34,032 bases of DNA from Chiloscyllium plagiosum (Eukaryota): NCBI RefSeq assembly GCF_004010195.1, contig NC_057750.1:13270817-13304848 (forward strand), written 5' to 3'. Of this stretch, positions 1-11,519 are shown one piece after another. Position 1 is the first letter of the stretch. Every line of letters begins with the position of its first letter. The notes beneath the pieces were generated by a model, which searched no databases, had not been told where the DNA came from, and saw nothing but the letters and a program-made list of their open reading frames with translations. Position numbers and translations under genes: made by a program.

Positions 1-96
1 GTGTGTCTGTGTGAGAGAGAGAGAGAGTGTGTGTGTGTGAGAGAGAGAGTGTGTGTGCGTATGTGTGTCTGTGTGTGAGAGAGAGAGTGTGTGTGA
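1..96. repeat. (GT)n/(GA)n compound microsatellite
   Basis: Direct reading of alternating gt and ga runs. Confidence 0.95.
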
Positions 97-127
97 ATGC
101 GACCCTTATCATTTTTTTAATCTATTT

Positions 128-490
128 TCTGGCTCACTAATGCCCTTTAAGGAGAGAAATCTGCTGTCCTTACCCAGTCTGGCCTACGTGTGACTGCAGA
201 CCCACAGCAATGTGATTGACCCTGAAACGGCCCCGGCAAGGGACCAGATTCATCAACAGATACATGGGAACCCTGCCCCCTGGACGTTCCCCTCCCCAAC
301 TCGACTTGGAAATATCTCACTTTACCTTCAGTGTCGCTGGGTCAAAATCCTGGAATCCCCTCCCTCAGGACATTGTGGGTCAACCCACAGCACATGGACT
401 ACAGCAGTTCAAGAAGGCAGCTCACCCCCACCTTCTCAAGGGGGCAACTAGGGACGGGGCAAGAAATGCCAAGCCCAGCAGCAAAGCCCT
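128..490 (+). mobile_element. Fragment of a dispersed SINE/LINE-tail family ('family B' here)
   Basis: Core ccttacccagtctggcctac(g/a)tgtgactccagacc and tail cttctcaagggggcaactaggga recur at about ten places in the window. Confidence 0.8.
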
Positions 491-494
491 CAGT

Positions 495-680
495 TGAATT
501 GAACTGATTGTCACGTGTACCGAGACACAGTGAAAAGCTTTGTCTTACGAGCAATGCAGGCAGGTCACAGAGTGAAGTAGCGATAGATAAGTAATTAACA
601 GGTAAACAGCGGCAAAAACCAAAACACACAGGTCCAGGCGAATGTGAAGAGTTTGTGAGTCCATTCAGTATTCTAACCAA
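495..680 (-). mobile_element. Rex1/Babar-type LINE 3' end
   Basis: ttgaatt..attgtcacgtgtaccgagacacagtgaaaag matches the end of the Rex1 copy at 25124. Confidence 0.6.
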
Positions 681-1550
681 TCCCTAACTGATTTGTACAA
701 AAGCTACACCATTCGAGTCAGAGATGGGTAAGATCCCGTAGAAGCGTAAAGAAAATAATAAAACATTTGGAAATGTGCATCATGGGTTGAAACTGTTGTC
801 AGATGTCATGGGGACCGAATGGTGTGATAGCAATACAAATCTTTCTTTCTATTTAGAATGTGTTAATGCCAGCATAAAAATAGAGGCCAATAAATGTCAC
901 ATCTGATTTATGTGTTTATTTGGTAATATCAGTGCTATCTTTTTTTAGTTTCTTGGATTCTTGCACTTTTTACTCTGAATAGCTTTTTCTCTCATATTTC
1001 AGATTACTCCGTCTCCCTTGACAGTATCTGATAGATAGCGAGCGAAAAATATTATTGTTGTACACAAGAAAAAAAGAAATAGCTCTCCTTTAAATAGATT
1101 GTATCAGTAATTACTTTGACTGCAGTTGTAAGCACCAGAACCAGTCTTAAACTTCAAAGCAGATTCATTAAACAATGATCAGATGTGTGAACGAGAGAAC
1201 TCATAAACGATGTTATTTTACGTTGGCTAAATTTTGCCAGCTGCTAGTGTGTTAAAAAATTGCCACTCTTTGGAGTGAAACAATTGCTGACATTAAGATT
1301 TGAACATAACTATGTTTTTATCTCATGATCACTCTTATGTCGGTTCACCTGACATCCAGGGCGCCTTTAATAGGTAAAGGGGAAACGTACTGATGTGAAA
1401 AATACATTTTGATAAAAGTTCTCTCACAGCAGTCTTTCAGTTAGCATGAAATAGTTTCAAAAGCTACAAACTAATTTGCCATGCTTGTACTGGAAATGAA
1501 TGCTTTCAATCCTCAAACTATCTCTCCATTGACGAACAAACTAAAATCTG

Positions 1551-1721
1551 TTAAAAATCCCACACCAGGTTATAGTCCAAAAGGTTTATTTGGGAGCACT
1601 AGCTTTCGGAGCGTCGCTCCTTCATCATGACAGTGGACACCTGATGAAGGAGCAGCTCTCCAAAAGCTAGCGCTCCCAAATAAACCTTTTGGACTATAAC
1701 CTGGTGTTGTGTGATTTTTAA
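1551..1721. mobile_element. Palindromic element, probably an inverted Penelope-type terminal repeat remnant
   Basis: Arms of about 80 bp (1551-1629 and 1642-1721) are near-perfect reverse complements; each carries a TGATGA-stem-(G)AAA motif. Confidence 0.7.
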
Positions 1722-1884
1722 CCTGGTCCAGCCCAGTCCAACACCAGCTCCTCCACTTCATGAAATCTGTCAGTTAGCCTGAAACATGATTTACTGACAC
1801 CAACACTGGTTTTAAATGGATCCCAATGAGATGTAACGTTAGCCACAACAGGAAACATACAGAACAGGGTGGTTTGAGGGCAGA

Positions 1885-2125
1885 CGGTGATCTTATGGTC
1901 ATGTCACTGGATTTGTAATCTGGACTACCCCAGGTTAACATTCTGGAAAATGAGGTTCAAATCCCACCACAGTACCTGGTGAAATTTGAATCTCATAATA
2001 GTCTGCAATTAAAAACCTAATCTAAAAGTGACCGATTGTTGCAAAAGCCCATCTGGTTCACTAATGCCCTTCAGGGAGGTAAGACTGCCATCCTTACCCG
2101 GGCTGGCCTATAGGTGACTCCAGAC
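1885..2125 (+). mobile_element. tRNA-headed SINE, family B
   Basis: B-box-like ggttcaaatccc followed by the catctggttcactaatgcccttcaggga...ggtgactccagacc core. Confidence 0.75.
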
Positions 2126-2348
2126 CAGGTTCAAGAACAGCCTCTTCCCTGCCGTTGTTACACTGCTGAATGGACCTTCCTAACCTCAAGTCTGATGTTG
2201 ATGTTGTTTTGTACACTTCCTGTACAGTGTAACCTTATGTGTCTCGCTCTGTCTAAACATGCTGTGCCTTGTTTGCTATGATCTGCCTGTATTGCTTGCA
2301 AAACAAAACTTTTCCCTGTACTTAGGCACATGTGAAATTAATAAAAAG
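2126..2348 (+). mobile_element. Rex1/Babar-type LINE 3' end
   Basis: aggttcaagaacagcctcttccctgccgtt (RFKNSLFPAV, Rex1 ORF C-terminus-like) and a 3' tail complementary to the 495-680 and 25124 copies. Confidence 0.6.
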
Positions 2349-2354
2349 AAATCA

Positions 2355-4022
2355 GGACCCACAGTAATGTGGTTGAGAAGTTCTTCGAGAAGGTGACCAA
2401 ACAGGTAGATGAGGGTAAAGTGGTTGATGTGGTGTATGTGGGCTTCAGTGAGGTTGAGAAGGTTCCCCACGGTAGGCTACTGCACAAAATACAGAATCAT
2501 GGGATTGAGGGTGATTTAGCGGTTTGGATCAGAAATTGGCTAGCTGAAAGAAGCCAGGGGGTGGTGATTGATGGGAAATGTTCATCCTGGAGTTCAGTTA
2601 CTAGTGGGGTACTGCAATGATCCAGTTTGGGTCCACTGCTGTTTGCCATTCTTATAAATGTCCTGGATGAGGGCATAGAAGGATGGGTTAGTATATTTGC
2701 GGATGACACGAAGGTCGGTGGAGTTCTGGATAGTGAGGAAGGATGTTGTAGGTTACAGAGGGACATAGATAAGCTGCAGAGCTGGGCTGGGAGGTGGCAA
2801 ATGGAGTTTAATGTGGAAAAGTGTGAGGTGATTCATTTTGGAAGGAGTAACAGGAATGCAGAGTGCTGGGCTAATGGTAAGATTCTTGGTCATGTGAATG
2901 AGCAGAGAGATCTCAGTGACCAGGTACATAGGTCCTTGAAAGTTGCCACCCAGGTTGGTAGGATTGTTAAGAAAGCATACAGTGTGTTAACCTTTATTGG
3001 TAGAGGGATCGGGTTTCAGAGCCATGAGGTCATGCTGCAGCTGTACAAAACTCTGGTGTGGCTGCACTTGGAGTATTGCGTACAGTTTTGGTCACTGCAT
3101 TATCGGAAGGATGTGGAAGCTTCGGAAAGGGTGCAGAGGAGATTTACCAGGATATTGCCTGGTATGGAGGGAAGGTCTTATGAGGAAAGGCTGAGGAACT
3201 TGAGCCTGTTTTCGTTAGAGAGAAGAAGGTTGAGAGGTGACTTAATTGAGACATATAAGATAGTCAGAGGGTTAGATAAGGTGGACAGGGAGAGCCTTTT
3301 TCCTCGGATGGTGATGGCTATCACGAGGGGACACAGCTTTAAATTGAGGGGAAATAGATATAGGACAGATGTCAGAGGTAATTTATTTACTCAGAAAGTA
3401 GCAGGGGCATGGAACGCACTGCCTACAATAGTAGTAGACTCGCCAACTTTAAGGGTATCTAAATGGTTATTGGATAGGCATATGGAGTCATAGAGTCATA
3501 GAGATGTTCAGCAGGGAAACAGACCCTTCGGTCCAACACGTCCATGCCGACCAGATATCCCAACCCAATCTAGCCCCACCTAAACCTATGCCCTCTAGTT
3601 CTGGACTCCCCCCCCATCCCAGGGAAAAGACTTTCCCTCTTTACCCTATCCATGCCCCTCATAATTTTGTAAACCTCTATAAGGTCACCCCTCAGCCTCC
3701 GACACTCCAGGGAATACAGCCCCAGCCTGTTCAGCCTCTCCCTATAGCTCAAACCCTCCAACCCTGGCAACGTCCTTGTAAATCTTTTCTGAACCCTTTC
3801 AAGTTCCGCAACATCTTTCCGAAAGGAAGGAGACCAGAATTGCACGCAATATTCCAACAGTGGACTAACCAATGTCCTGTACAGCCACAACATGACCTCC
3901 CAACTCCTATGGATGAGAATGGAATAGTATGAGTTAGATAGGCTTCAGATTGATAGCACAGGTCAGCACAACATCGAAGGCCGAAGGGCCTGGACTGTGC
4001 TGTAATGTTCTATGTTCCATGT
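2355..4022 (+). mobile_element. 5'-truncated CR1-clade LINE (RT domain and 3' UTR), interrupted by a nested copy at 3487-3907
   Basis: ORFs 2369-2620 and 2627-3493 encode VDVVY, KVPHGRL, GPLLF, IFADDTKVG, WQMEFN, LEYCVQFWS; premature stop at 2618-2620. The 3' UTR gggccgaagggcct and ctatgtt-like tail resume after 3908. Confidence 0.95.
3487..3907 (-). mobile_element. Nested antisense CR1 3' fragment with internal deletion
   Basis: Minus ORF 3570-3893 LYRTLVSPLLEYCVQFWSP...RRLRGDLIEVYK; ctctatga-type tail; flanked by tatgga at 3481-3486 and 3908-3913. Confidence 0.9.
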
Positions 4023-4233
4023 TGATTTTTAACTGTCCCCTGGACAGCTATGGAGGGGCAATAGTGTTAACTTCACCTCCGGTCAACAGACAATAAAAGA
4101 AAGATTGTCGAGGTGTGGGAGTTGACGGTATTTACCACCTGTCCCTAATTGCCCTCGAGCTGAGTGTCACATCTGGCCCTTTCAGAGCGCAAGTAAGAGT
4201 CAACCACAGAGTTGGTTTGGATTCAACTGGATT

Positions 4234-4570
4234 AGGGTGGCACGGTGGCTCAGTGGTTAGCACTGCTGCCTCACAACGCCAGGGAACTGGGTTCGATCCC
4301 AGCCTCGGGCGACTGTCTGTGTGGCGTTTGCACGTTCTCCCCGTGTCTGCGTGGGTTTCCTCCCACAGTCCAAAGCTGCCCAGGTTAGGGTGGATTGGCC
4401 ATGCTAAATTGTCCATAGTGTTCAGGGATGTGTGGATTGGCTGTGGGGAATGCGAGGATGGACCAAGGTGTGGGTCTGGGTGGGATGCTCTATGGGGTGG
4501 GGGAGGGGGCAGTTGGTGTGGACTCGATTAGCCAAATGGCCTGTTTCCACACTGCAGAGATTCTATGATC
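4234..4570 (+). mobile_element. HE1-like tRNA-derived (V-type) SINE
   Basis: gggtggcacggtggctcagtggttagcactgctgcctcac head with A box and B box (gggttcgatccc), central tgcacgttctccccgtgtctgcgtgggtttcc, CR1-like tail ggcctgtttccacactg. Confidence 0.9.
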
Positions 4571-4654
4571 GTCAAATTTCTGAATGGATATCTTCGGCAT
4601 CAATTACTGGAAACGTATGTTGTACCTGGGGTGATGTATCCCAAAACTGGAAAT

Positions 4655-5678
4655 AATTGGAGGTGTAGTGGACAGCGAAGAGGGTTACCTCAGATTACAA
4701 CAGGATCTGGACAGGATGGGCCAATGGGCTGAGAAATGGCAGATGGAATTTAATTCAGATAAATGGAGTGGTGGTCAATGTACTTGATACAGTTTTGAGT
4801 ATCTTTAAAGTGCGTTTCTTGCAGAGCCCTTGAAGCATCTGTTTACTCCACTGTTTGAACAATAGTGGCTAATGCAGGAATGGGTGAAAAGGAAACACAA
4901 TATTAAAAATGGGACAAAGTAAAAATCAATTATACTCCTGCAGCAAATATATCAAAATAAATAAATAGAGTCAATAGCCAGAAACTTTTCCCCAGGGCAT
5001 GGTTGACTGGGCTGAGGGGTCATAGTTTGAAGATATTAGGAGGAAGGTATAGAAGAGACGTCAGAGGTAAGTTCTTTATGCAGAGTTGTGAATACATGGA
5101 ATGTGTTGCCAGCGGTGGAGGTGGAAGCAGAGTCATTAGGGACATTTAAGCACCTGCTTGACATGCACACGGACAGCAGTGAATTGAGGGGTGTGTAGGT
5201 TAGGTTATTTTATTTTACATTAGGATTAATCCTTGGCACAACATTGTGGGCCGAAGGGCCTGTTCTGTGCTGTACTTTTCTATGTTCTATGTTCTATGTA
5301 AATGCGAGATGCTGCATTTTGGAAAGGCAGGACTTATACACTTAATGGTAAGGTCCTGAGGTGTGTTGCTGAACAAAGAGACTGAGGAATGCAGGTTCAT
5401 AATTCCTTGAAAGTGGAATCTCAGGTAGATAGGATAGTGAAGAAGGCGTTTTGTAAGATTGCCTTTATTGGTCAGAGTATTGAGTACAGGAGTTGGGAGG
5501 TCATGTTGCGACTGTACAGGATGGTTGTTAGGCCACTATTGGAATATTGCATTCAGTTCTGGTCTCCTTCCTATCGGAAAGATGTTGTGAAACTTGAAAG
5601 GGCTCAGAAAAGATTTACAAGGATGTTGCCAGGGTTGGAGGATCTGAGCTACAGGGAGAGGCTGAACAGGCTGGGGCT
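4655..5678 (+). mobile_element. CR1 RT fragment interrupted by the insertion 4766-5298 and running into an N gap
   Basis: IGGVVDSEEGYLRLQQDLDRMGQWAEKWQMEFNSDK resumes as CEMLHFGK at 5303; ORF 5389 LEYCIQFWSPSYRKD. Confidence 0.92.
4766..5298 (+). mobile_element. Chimeric retro-insertion: about 195 nt unrecognised 5' part plus a CR1 3' end
   Basis: Flanked by taaatg (4760-4765, 5299-5304); the 3' part has ggggtcatagtttgaag...gggccgaagggcctgttctgtgctgta and a (ctatgtt)n tail. Confidence 0.8.
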
Positions 5679-7331
5679 NNNNNNNNNNNNNNNNNNNNNN
5701 NNNNNNNNNNNNNNNNNNNNNNNNNNNNNNNNNNNNNNNNNNNNNNNNNNNNNNNNNNNNNNNNNNNNNNNNNNNNNNNNNNNNNNNNNNNNNNNNNNNN
5801 NNNNNNNNNNNNNNNNNNNNNNNNNNNNNNNNNNNNNNNNNNNNNNNNNNNNNNNNNNNNNNNNNNNNNNNNNNNNNNNNNNNNNNNNNNNNNNNNNNNN
5901 NNNNNNNNNNNNNNNNNNNNNNNNNNNNNNNNNNNNNNNNNNNNNNNNNNNNNNNNNNNNNNNNNNNNNNNNNNNNNNNNNNNNNNNNNNNNNNNNNNNN
6001 NNNNNNNNNNNNNNNNNNNNNNNNNNNNNNNNNNNNNNNNNNNNNNNNNNNNNNNNNNNNNNNNNNNNNNNNNNNNNNNNNNNNNNNNNNNNNNNNNNNN
6101 NNNNNNNNNNNNNNNNNNNNNNNNNNNNNNNNNNNNNNNNNNNNNNNNNNNNNNNNNNNNNNNNNNNNNNNNNNNNNNNNNNNNNNNNNNNNNNNNNNNN
6201 NNNNNNNNNNNNNNNNNNNNNNNNNNNNNNNNNNNNNNNNNNNNNNNNNNNNNNNNNNNNNNNNNNNNNNNNNNNNNNNNNNNNNNNNNNNNNNNNNNNN
6301 NNNNNNNNNNNNNNNNNNNNNNNNNNNNNNNNNNNNNNNNNNNNNNNNNNNNNNNNNNNNNNNNNNNNNNNNNNNNNNNNNNNNNNNNNNNNNNNNNNNN
6401 NNNNNNNNNNNNNNNNNNNNNNNNNNNNNNNNNNNNNNNNNNNNNNNNNNNNNNNNNNNNNNNNNNNNNNNNNNNNNNNNNNNNNNNNNNNNNNNNNNNN
6501 NNNCCCCACCCCCTCAGCGATTTCCCCCTCCCCCACCCCCAGGCAAAAGTACTCCATTTTTGTCACACTCAGTCACAGTTCCATCCTGCCCTTCAGCTCG
6601 CTGGGAACTCTATTTGCTTTGGACGCAGGCACCAGCGATCAGAGTTCTAGTTTGCCGCAGTGATGTTTTCTTGGCTCCCAAGATGCTTTTCAGGGTGACG
6701 TCACCCTGCTAAGCTCACTTAAACCCACGGTTGAATATTGTGAAGGCAAGGTCCTGCACTTTATTTCAAAACCGAGGGGAGGTTTTGGGTTAGCACAGAC
6801 TCTGCCTCCTCCTCCTCCGCCCACTGGTCAGCTCACCCACTCCAAGTTGCCATTATATCTGTGTCTCCCTCAAGTGTGAGGGGGAAAAAAACCCACATCT
6901 GGTGGGTCAATCTTTGCACTGACCCTACTCTTGCCTGGCCTTTGTCAACCAGTCAATTCCCGCTTCACCTTTGGATCCTGGTTGGATTCCGTGGTTCCTC
7001 CTGGGACGAGACTCAATGAGCAGACGGTCACCGAGGCTGGAGCAGTTGGGTGGCCGCTGGCTATTCCACTTTGGGGGGCATCACAGCCAAGAACAACCTT
7101 CACCTGGACCCAGTGGGTGCCCGACGCAGGTGCGCTTTTGGGATCGGACGTGGCTCAAATGACCGAGAAATACGAACCCTTCCTGGGCTTACCCTGATTC
7201 AAGAGAATACAGAAAGCGCTGGAGAAACTCCCCAGATCTTGCAGCAACTGTGGAGAGAGAGAGAGCGAAAGGGAGAGAGAAAACACAAAGATAACACTTC
7301 AAGTCTGGTCTTACGCACAACACCAATATAG

Positions 7332-7677
7332 TATAGTATCCCTACAGTGTGGAAACAGGCCCTTTGGCCCAACCAGTCCACACCGACCTTTCAAAGCGTA
7401 TCCCACCCAAACCTGTTCCCCATTAGTCTACATTTCCCCCTGACTAATGTACCTATCCTACACATCCCTGAACACTACGGGCAAGTCCCCATGGGCAATT
7501 CACCTAACCTGGACATCTTTGGACTGTGGGAGGAAACCGGAGCACCCGGAGGAAACCCACGCAGACACGGGGAGGATGTGCAAACTCCACACAGACAGTT
7601 GCCCGAGGTTGGAATCGAATCTGGGTCCCTGGCGCTGTGAGGCAGCAGTGCTAACCACTGAGCCACCGTGCCACCCC
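7332..7677 (-). mobile_element. HE1-like SINE, near full length
   Basis: Reverse complement of the 4234 type, from the tail (cagtgtggaaacaggccc) to the head (actgagccaccgtgccaccc). Confidence 0.92.
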
Positions 7678-8970
7678 AGGATTACCCCATGAATGAATAA
7701 AACAAAAGAAAAATTAAGTCACGTAGATAAACTATTAGGATTGATGACCAATGTTTTTAGAACAAGATAGATGTAGAGTGGGTTAGGGAGGGCGTGCCAG
7801 AGGTTAAAGGTGAGGAGACAGATAGCACAGTGGTAAGGAGGATGTCGGTGAAAAGACATCTGCTGTCCTTACACAGTCTGGCCTACACGTGACTCCAGAC
7901 CAACAGCAATTGGCTCTTATCTGAAACACTGGCAAGACACCAAGAGGGAAAAAAAAAGTCAAAAAAAAGTGACGCTTGGAAACAATTGGAGCCCTATTCT
8001 GAGGGAGACAGGATAAGGTGCCATTTGCAAGTTTCACTGTTTATTTTTCCCGCATTTCAAGGAAGGTTAGGGCTGAGCGGCCTTGTCGTTGTCCCACTTC
8101 CTCAGGAAAGAATTTAAAGAACTGATGTGCAAACTATCACCTCCTGGCAGCGGGAAATGGATACCACTTCAGAGAATGCCCATTTCCCCGTGGATTTACA
8201 TGAGGAACTGTGCGGTCTACTGCTGCTCTCATTCCCTATGAAGCCTACCCAAGAGGCCCGGCTCATACTGAGAGCACAGCACAGAATTTAGGCCCCGTTA
8301 TGGCCTTGTTTCTTTTGGGGCCTTGTGTTGAGCTGTCAGAAGGCCTTGGGTTAACCGAGCTCGGAGGTATTACGTCCGGGTTAACGAGAGGGTCACAACT
8401 TGGATCTGTGATTCCATCCACTTAGCGAATTGAAAGCGCCTAAGTGCAGAATTGACATGGAAAAGATCAATCTGTCATGACTGTAAGTGAAATCCAAGCG
8501 CTGTATCTAATTCCTAATGAGACTGAATAAACTGAACACTCATTACAACCCTCAGGCCTTCTGTATGATATGAATTTGTGTATGAAACATATTAACGTGT
8601 AATAGGATTAACCACAAAGAGAAAAAAGATCCAACAATTATTAAGTCCCTTTCAGTGATGGGGTGGCTTTGGGCAGCTCTGAATCCACTAATTATTGCTG
8701 TTCATCATTAGCATAAAATCAACTTGCAGAGAAATATCTACGTTTTCCTTTCCGAATTGGGATTTTCATGAAAGTAATCTGGCTGTTTATGCGTTTCCTT
8801 AATTATTTTCTCTCACAGGCCCAGTTTCGGAAAGGATTCGAGGCCTAACCCCTCCCTCAAGCCTTGGCTGTTGCTTCTCACCAAAATGGCCGCCCCGTGT
8901 CTTTGTCGTTGTAAAATGGCCACGCGCTGCCTGTCATTTGAGTGAACGGTTTCTCTCTTTGTCTCCGCAG

Positions 8971-9079
8971 AACCACTGGACCCGAGACCATGATGACACG
9001 GGGTCCACCCATTCGGGCACACCCGGGCCCTCCAGTGGGGGCCTTGCATCGCACAGCGGGGACAACTGCAGTGAACAAG
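8971..9079 (+). CDS. MEIS3: MEIS-family internal coding exon (linker exon preceding the homeodomain exons; exon 7 in mammalian MEIS numbering)
   Basis: Polypyrimidine tract and cag acceptor (ttctctctttgtctccgcag|8971), AG|gtaact donor. 109 nt, phase 0 to 1, encoding [36 protein letters not shown](G), the MEIS RDHDD...[18 protein letters not shown] segment. GGLAS and TGS.HSGT favour MEIS3 over MEIS1/2; the paralog call is less certain than the family call. Confidence 0.93.
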
Positions 9080-10029
9080 GTAACTCCCCGTCGCCACGGC
9101 GCTTCCTCTCGGTCTATTCCTGCGATCCCTCGTGGGGAAAGAGAAAACTGAAAGAAAAAAGGTCGGTGTCTCCAGGAGGCTACCTTAGTTGGCATCTTTT
9201 TAACCATTATGGCATACGATAAGACGCCTACGTTCCAATAAGCCCCGAGTCCCACTGTAATTTTAGCCTACTCACCCGTGCGGGGAGGTGGGGTGGGGTG
9301 GGCAGGGGGGATGGTGGAGGCGGGTGCAGAGTTCCCAATGTCTTCCTACCCTCCCCCGCTGCCTCTGCACTTGGACTGGGCCGCAATGCCCAGCGAGCTG
9401 AATAGTCACATTTGTTGAATGGCTTTTTGGACAAAGCCACTTGAGATACAGTCACCTCAATCTGGGTGAACAGCTTCGTTCAGGGCTTTTCAGGTGCTGT
9501 AGTATTTGTGTGAACCAATTGACCTATGTGTATTAACCGGAATAACACATAACACAGGAACAGGCCAGAGTCTTCCATCAGCATGTCTCGTTTCCCTTAA
9601 CCGAATCTGTCCAATTCAGCGAGCTCTGCATTAAAAATGTCTCTGTGTGGAATACAGTTTCTCCTGAATTCCCTGTTGGATTGATGAGAGACTGTTGTCT
9701 TTAAGATTCCTGGTTTGGAACGACAGGAATGTGGTGTGATTTTATGTCGAGGCTGCATTCCCCTGGATGGTTTCCGCAGACCAGGAAGGAGTCCAGAACC
9801 AGACGCCACACACTTTGAGAACTGAAAGCCTCGATGGACCTGAAAAGTTCACTTTGCTTTCTCTCTCTGCACGGACGCTGCCAGACCTGCCGGGTTTTGC
9901 CGGCAACTTCTGTTTTTGTTTCGAATTTCCAGCGTCTGTCGTCCTTTTGAAGTTCTGTAGGGTCCTTTTTTTCCCACAATGTGAGAAGTAGGCCATTTCG
10001 GACTGAGATGAGAGGAGTTGTCTTCATCC

Positions 10030-10220
10030 AGAGAGCGGAATTCTCTGTCACAGAAAGTGGTTGAGGTTAGAGCGGTGAAAGTATTCAAGAAGGAGTTAGA
10101 TTGTGTTTCAAAGGAATGAAAGAGTATGGGGGAGGAAGTGGGAACAGGATGATCAACCATGATCCTCTTGAATGGGGGAGCAGGCTCGAAGGGCCGATTG
10201 GCCTCCTCCCAATCCTATTT
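10030..10220 (+). mobile_element. CR1 3' end fragment
   Basis: ggaattctctgtcacagaaag...ttcaagaaggagttagat...ggctcgaagggccgattggcctcctcc, similar to 28235 and 20800. Confidence 0.75.
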
Positions 10221-10639
10221 ACTTTGTTTCTGTCAGGAATTGCATTTCCACTGAGTGAGGCGTAAAAGGGATGTTGATTCTGGAGGGACAGCAAGAGCTC
10301 CCTGAACCTGTAAGGTCAGAGGTTAAGGTGACAGTGTCAAGCATTTCCAGGTCAGGTCTGGTGTGGGGTAAACAAAGCAAAGGCCACATCAAAAACATCA
10401 AATTGTCCGATGAGCCAGAATGTGAGTAAGTTTCTCTCCTGACGCTGAGGAAGGGCAAACCTCAGGGTCAACGTGGTGAGAGGAAGGAAATTATAATTTC
10501 GAGGCTTTGCTTCAGAACTCAAGGGAGCTGAGAAGGAGGGGGCCCTCAATACTGTCGAAAGCAGGATAGGAGAAACCAGATGAAGGAGAGAGTGAGGGGG
10601 TGGGGGTGATTAAACATAGTAGGCCAACCATTTTATATC

Positions 10640-11230
10640 CAAGATCTCCACCATCCAGACGGACAAAGGCAGCAGATCCATGGGAACACCACCCCCTACA
10701 GGCTCCCCTCTGAGCCACTCACCATCCTGACTTGGAAATATATCGGCATTCCTTCAGGGTCACTGGGTCAAAATCCCGGGATTCCCTCCCTCAGGTCTAC
10801 CCACAGCACACGGACTGCAGCTCACCCCCACCTTCTCAAGGGGGTAACTAGGGACGGGGCAACAAATATTGGGCCCAGCCAGCGATGAAGATGTGTCCTC
10901 CCGGTGTGATGACCCTGGGCTGGTGGGTTGGCATTTCACGGTCGCCCCTTGATGCCCAGAGAGGTTGGCAGGAGGCTTTCCGGAGAGTTGGCATTGACAG
11001 TGGGGTGGGGGCAGCGGGGGAAGGGGAGGAGCATGGGGTTCAAATCCCCGGCAAATGGTGGAATTTGAAATCAATCACAATCTGGAACTAAGACTCTAAT
11101 TAGACTGTGAAAGCGTTCGGCAATTATTGTAAAAATCTCGTTTGTTCACTGATGCCCCTATCGGAAAGCAAAACCTGTTGTTTTTACCTGCTCTGGCTCA
11201 CACGTGACTCCAAACCCACAACAATGTCAG
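10640..11230 (+). mobile_element. Family B LINE-tail fragment followed by a degenerate family B SINE
   Basis: ctgacttggaaatatatc...cttctcaagggggtaactaggga, then ggttcaaatccc...cacgtgactccaaacccaca. Confidence 0.7.
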
Positions 11231-11519
11231 AGTGAGTGTGGGGTTAGGGTTACCATTCCCTCCAGCAAGGATATGAAAGCTGGAGGTTTCTACAGAAGGC
11301 CAACAGCTCCCGGCTTTAAGGGATTAGTCCAGTGCTGTTCCCAGCGCCGACCAGGAGCCCATCGGAATGTCAGAGAATGGGAAGTTGCCCAGCCTCGAAT
11401 CCTGCAGCAGTCTGATACACACCCCAGGACTGTACCCTCTCCCCATCGAACTCCCCAGAAAACCCACAGCTTTACAATGGTACAACTTCCCCCCCCCTCA
11501 ATTTCGCCATCACTGTCCT

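Noticed and set aside
2627..3493. 288-aa RT ORF as an active or domesticated gene
   Set aside because: It is 5'-truncated, has a stop just upstream, is broken by a nested insertion, and is an ordinary CR1 copy.
4234..4310. tRNA genes at SINE heads
   Set aside because: A and B boxes are present but run into SINE bodies with no cloverleaf 3' end.
5389..6663. Long ORFs containing X runs (also 11367, 19667, 23060, 28501, 31537 and others)
   Set aside because: They are artefacts of translating through N gaps; the real parts are TE or low-complexity sequence.
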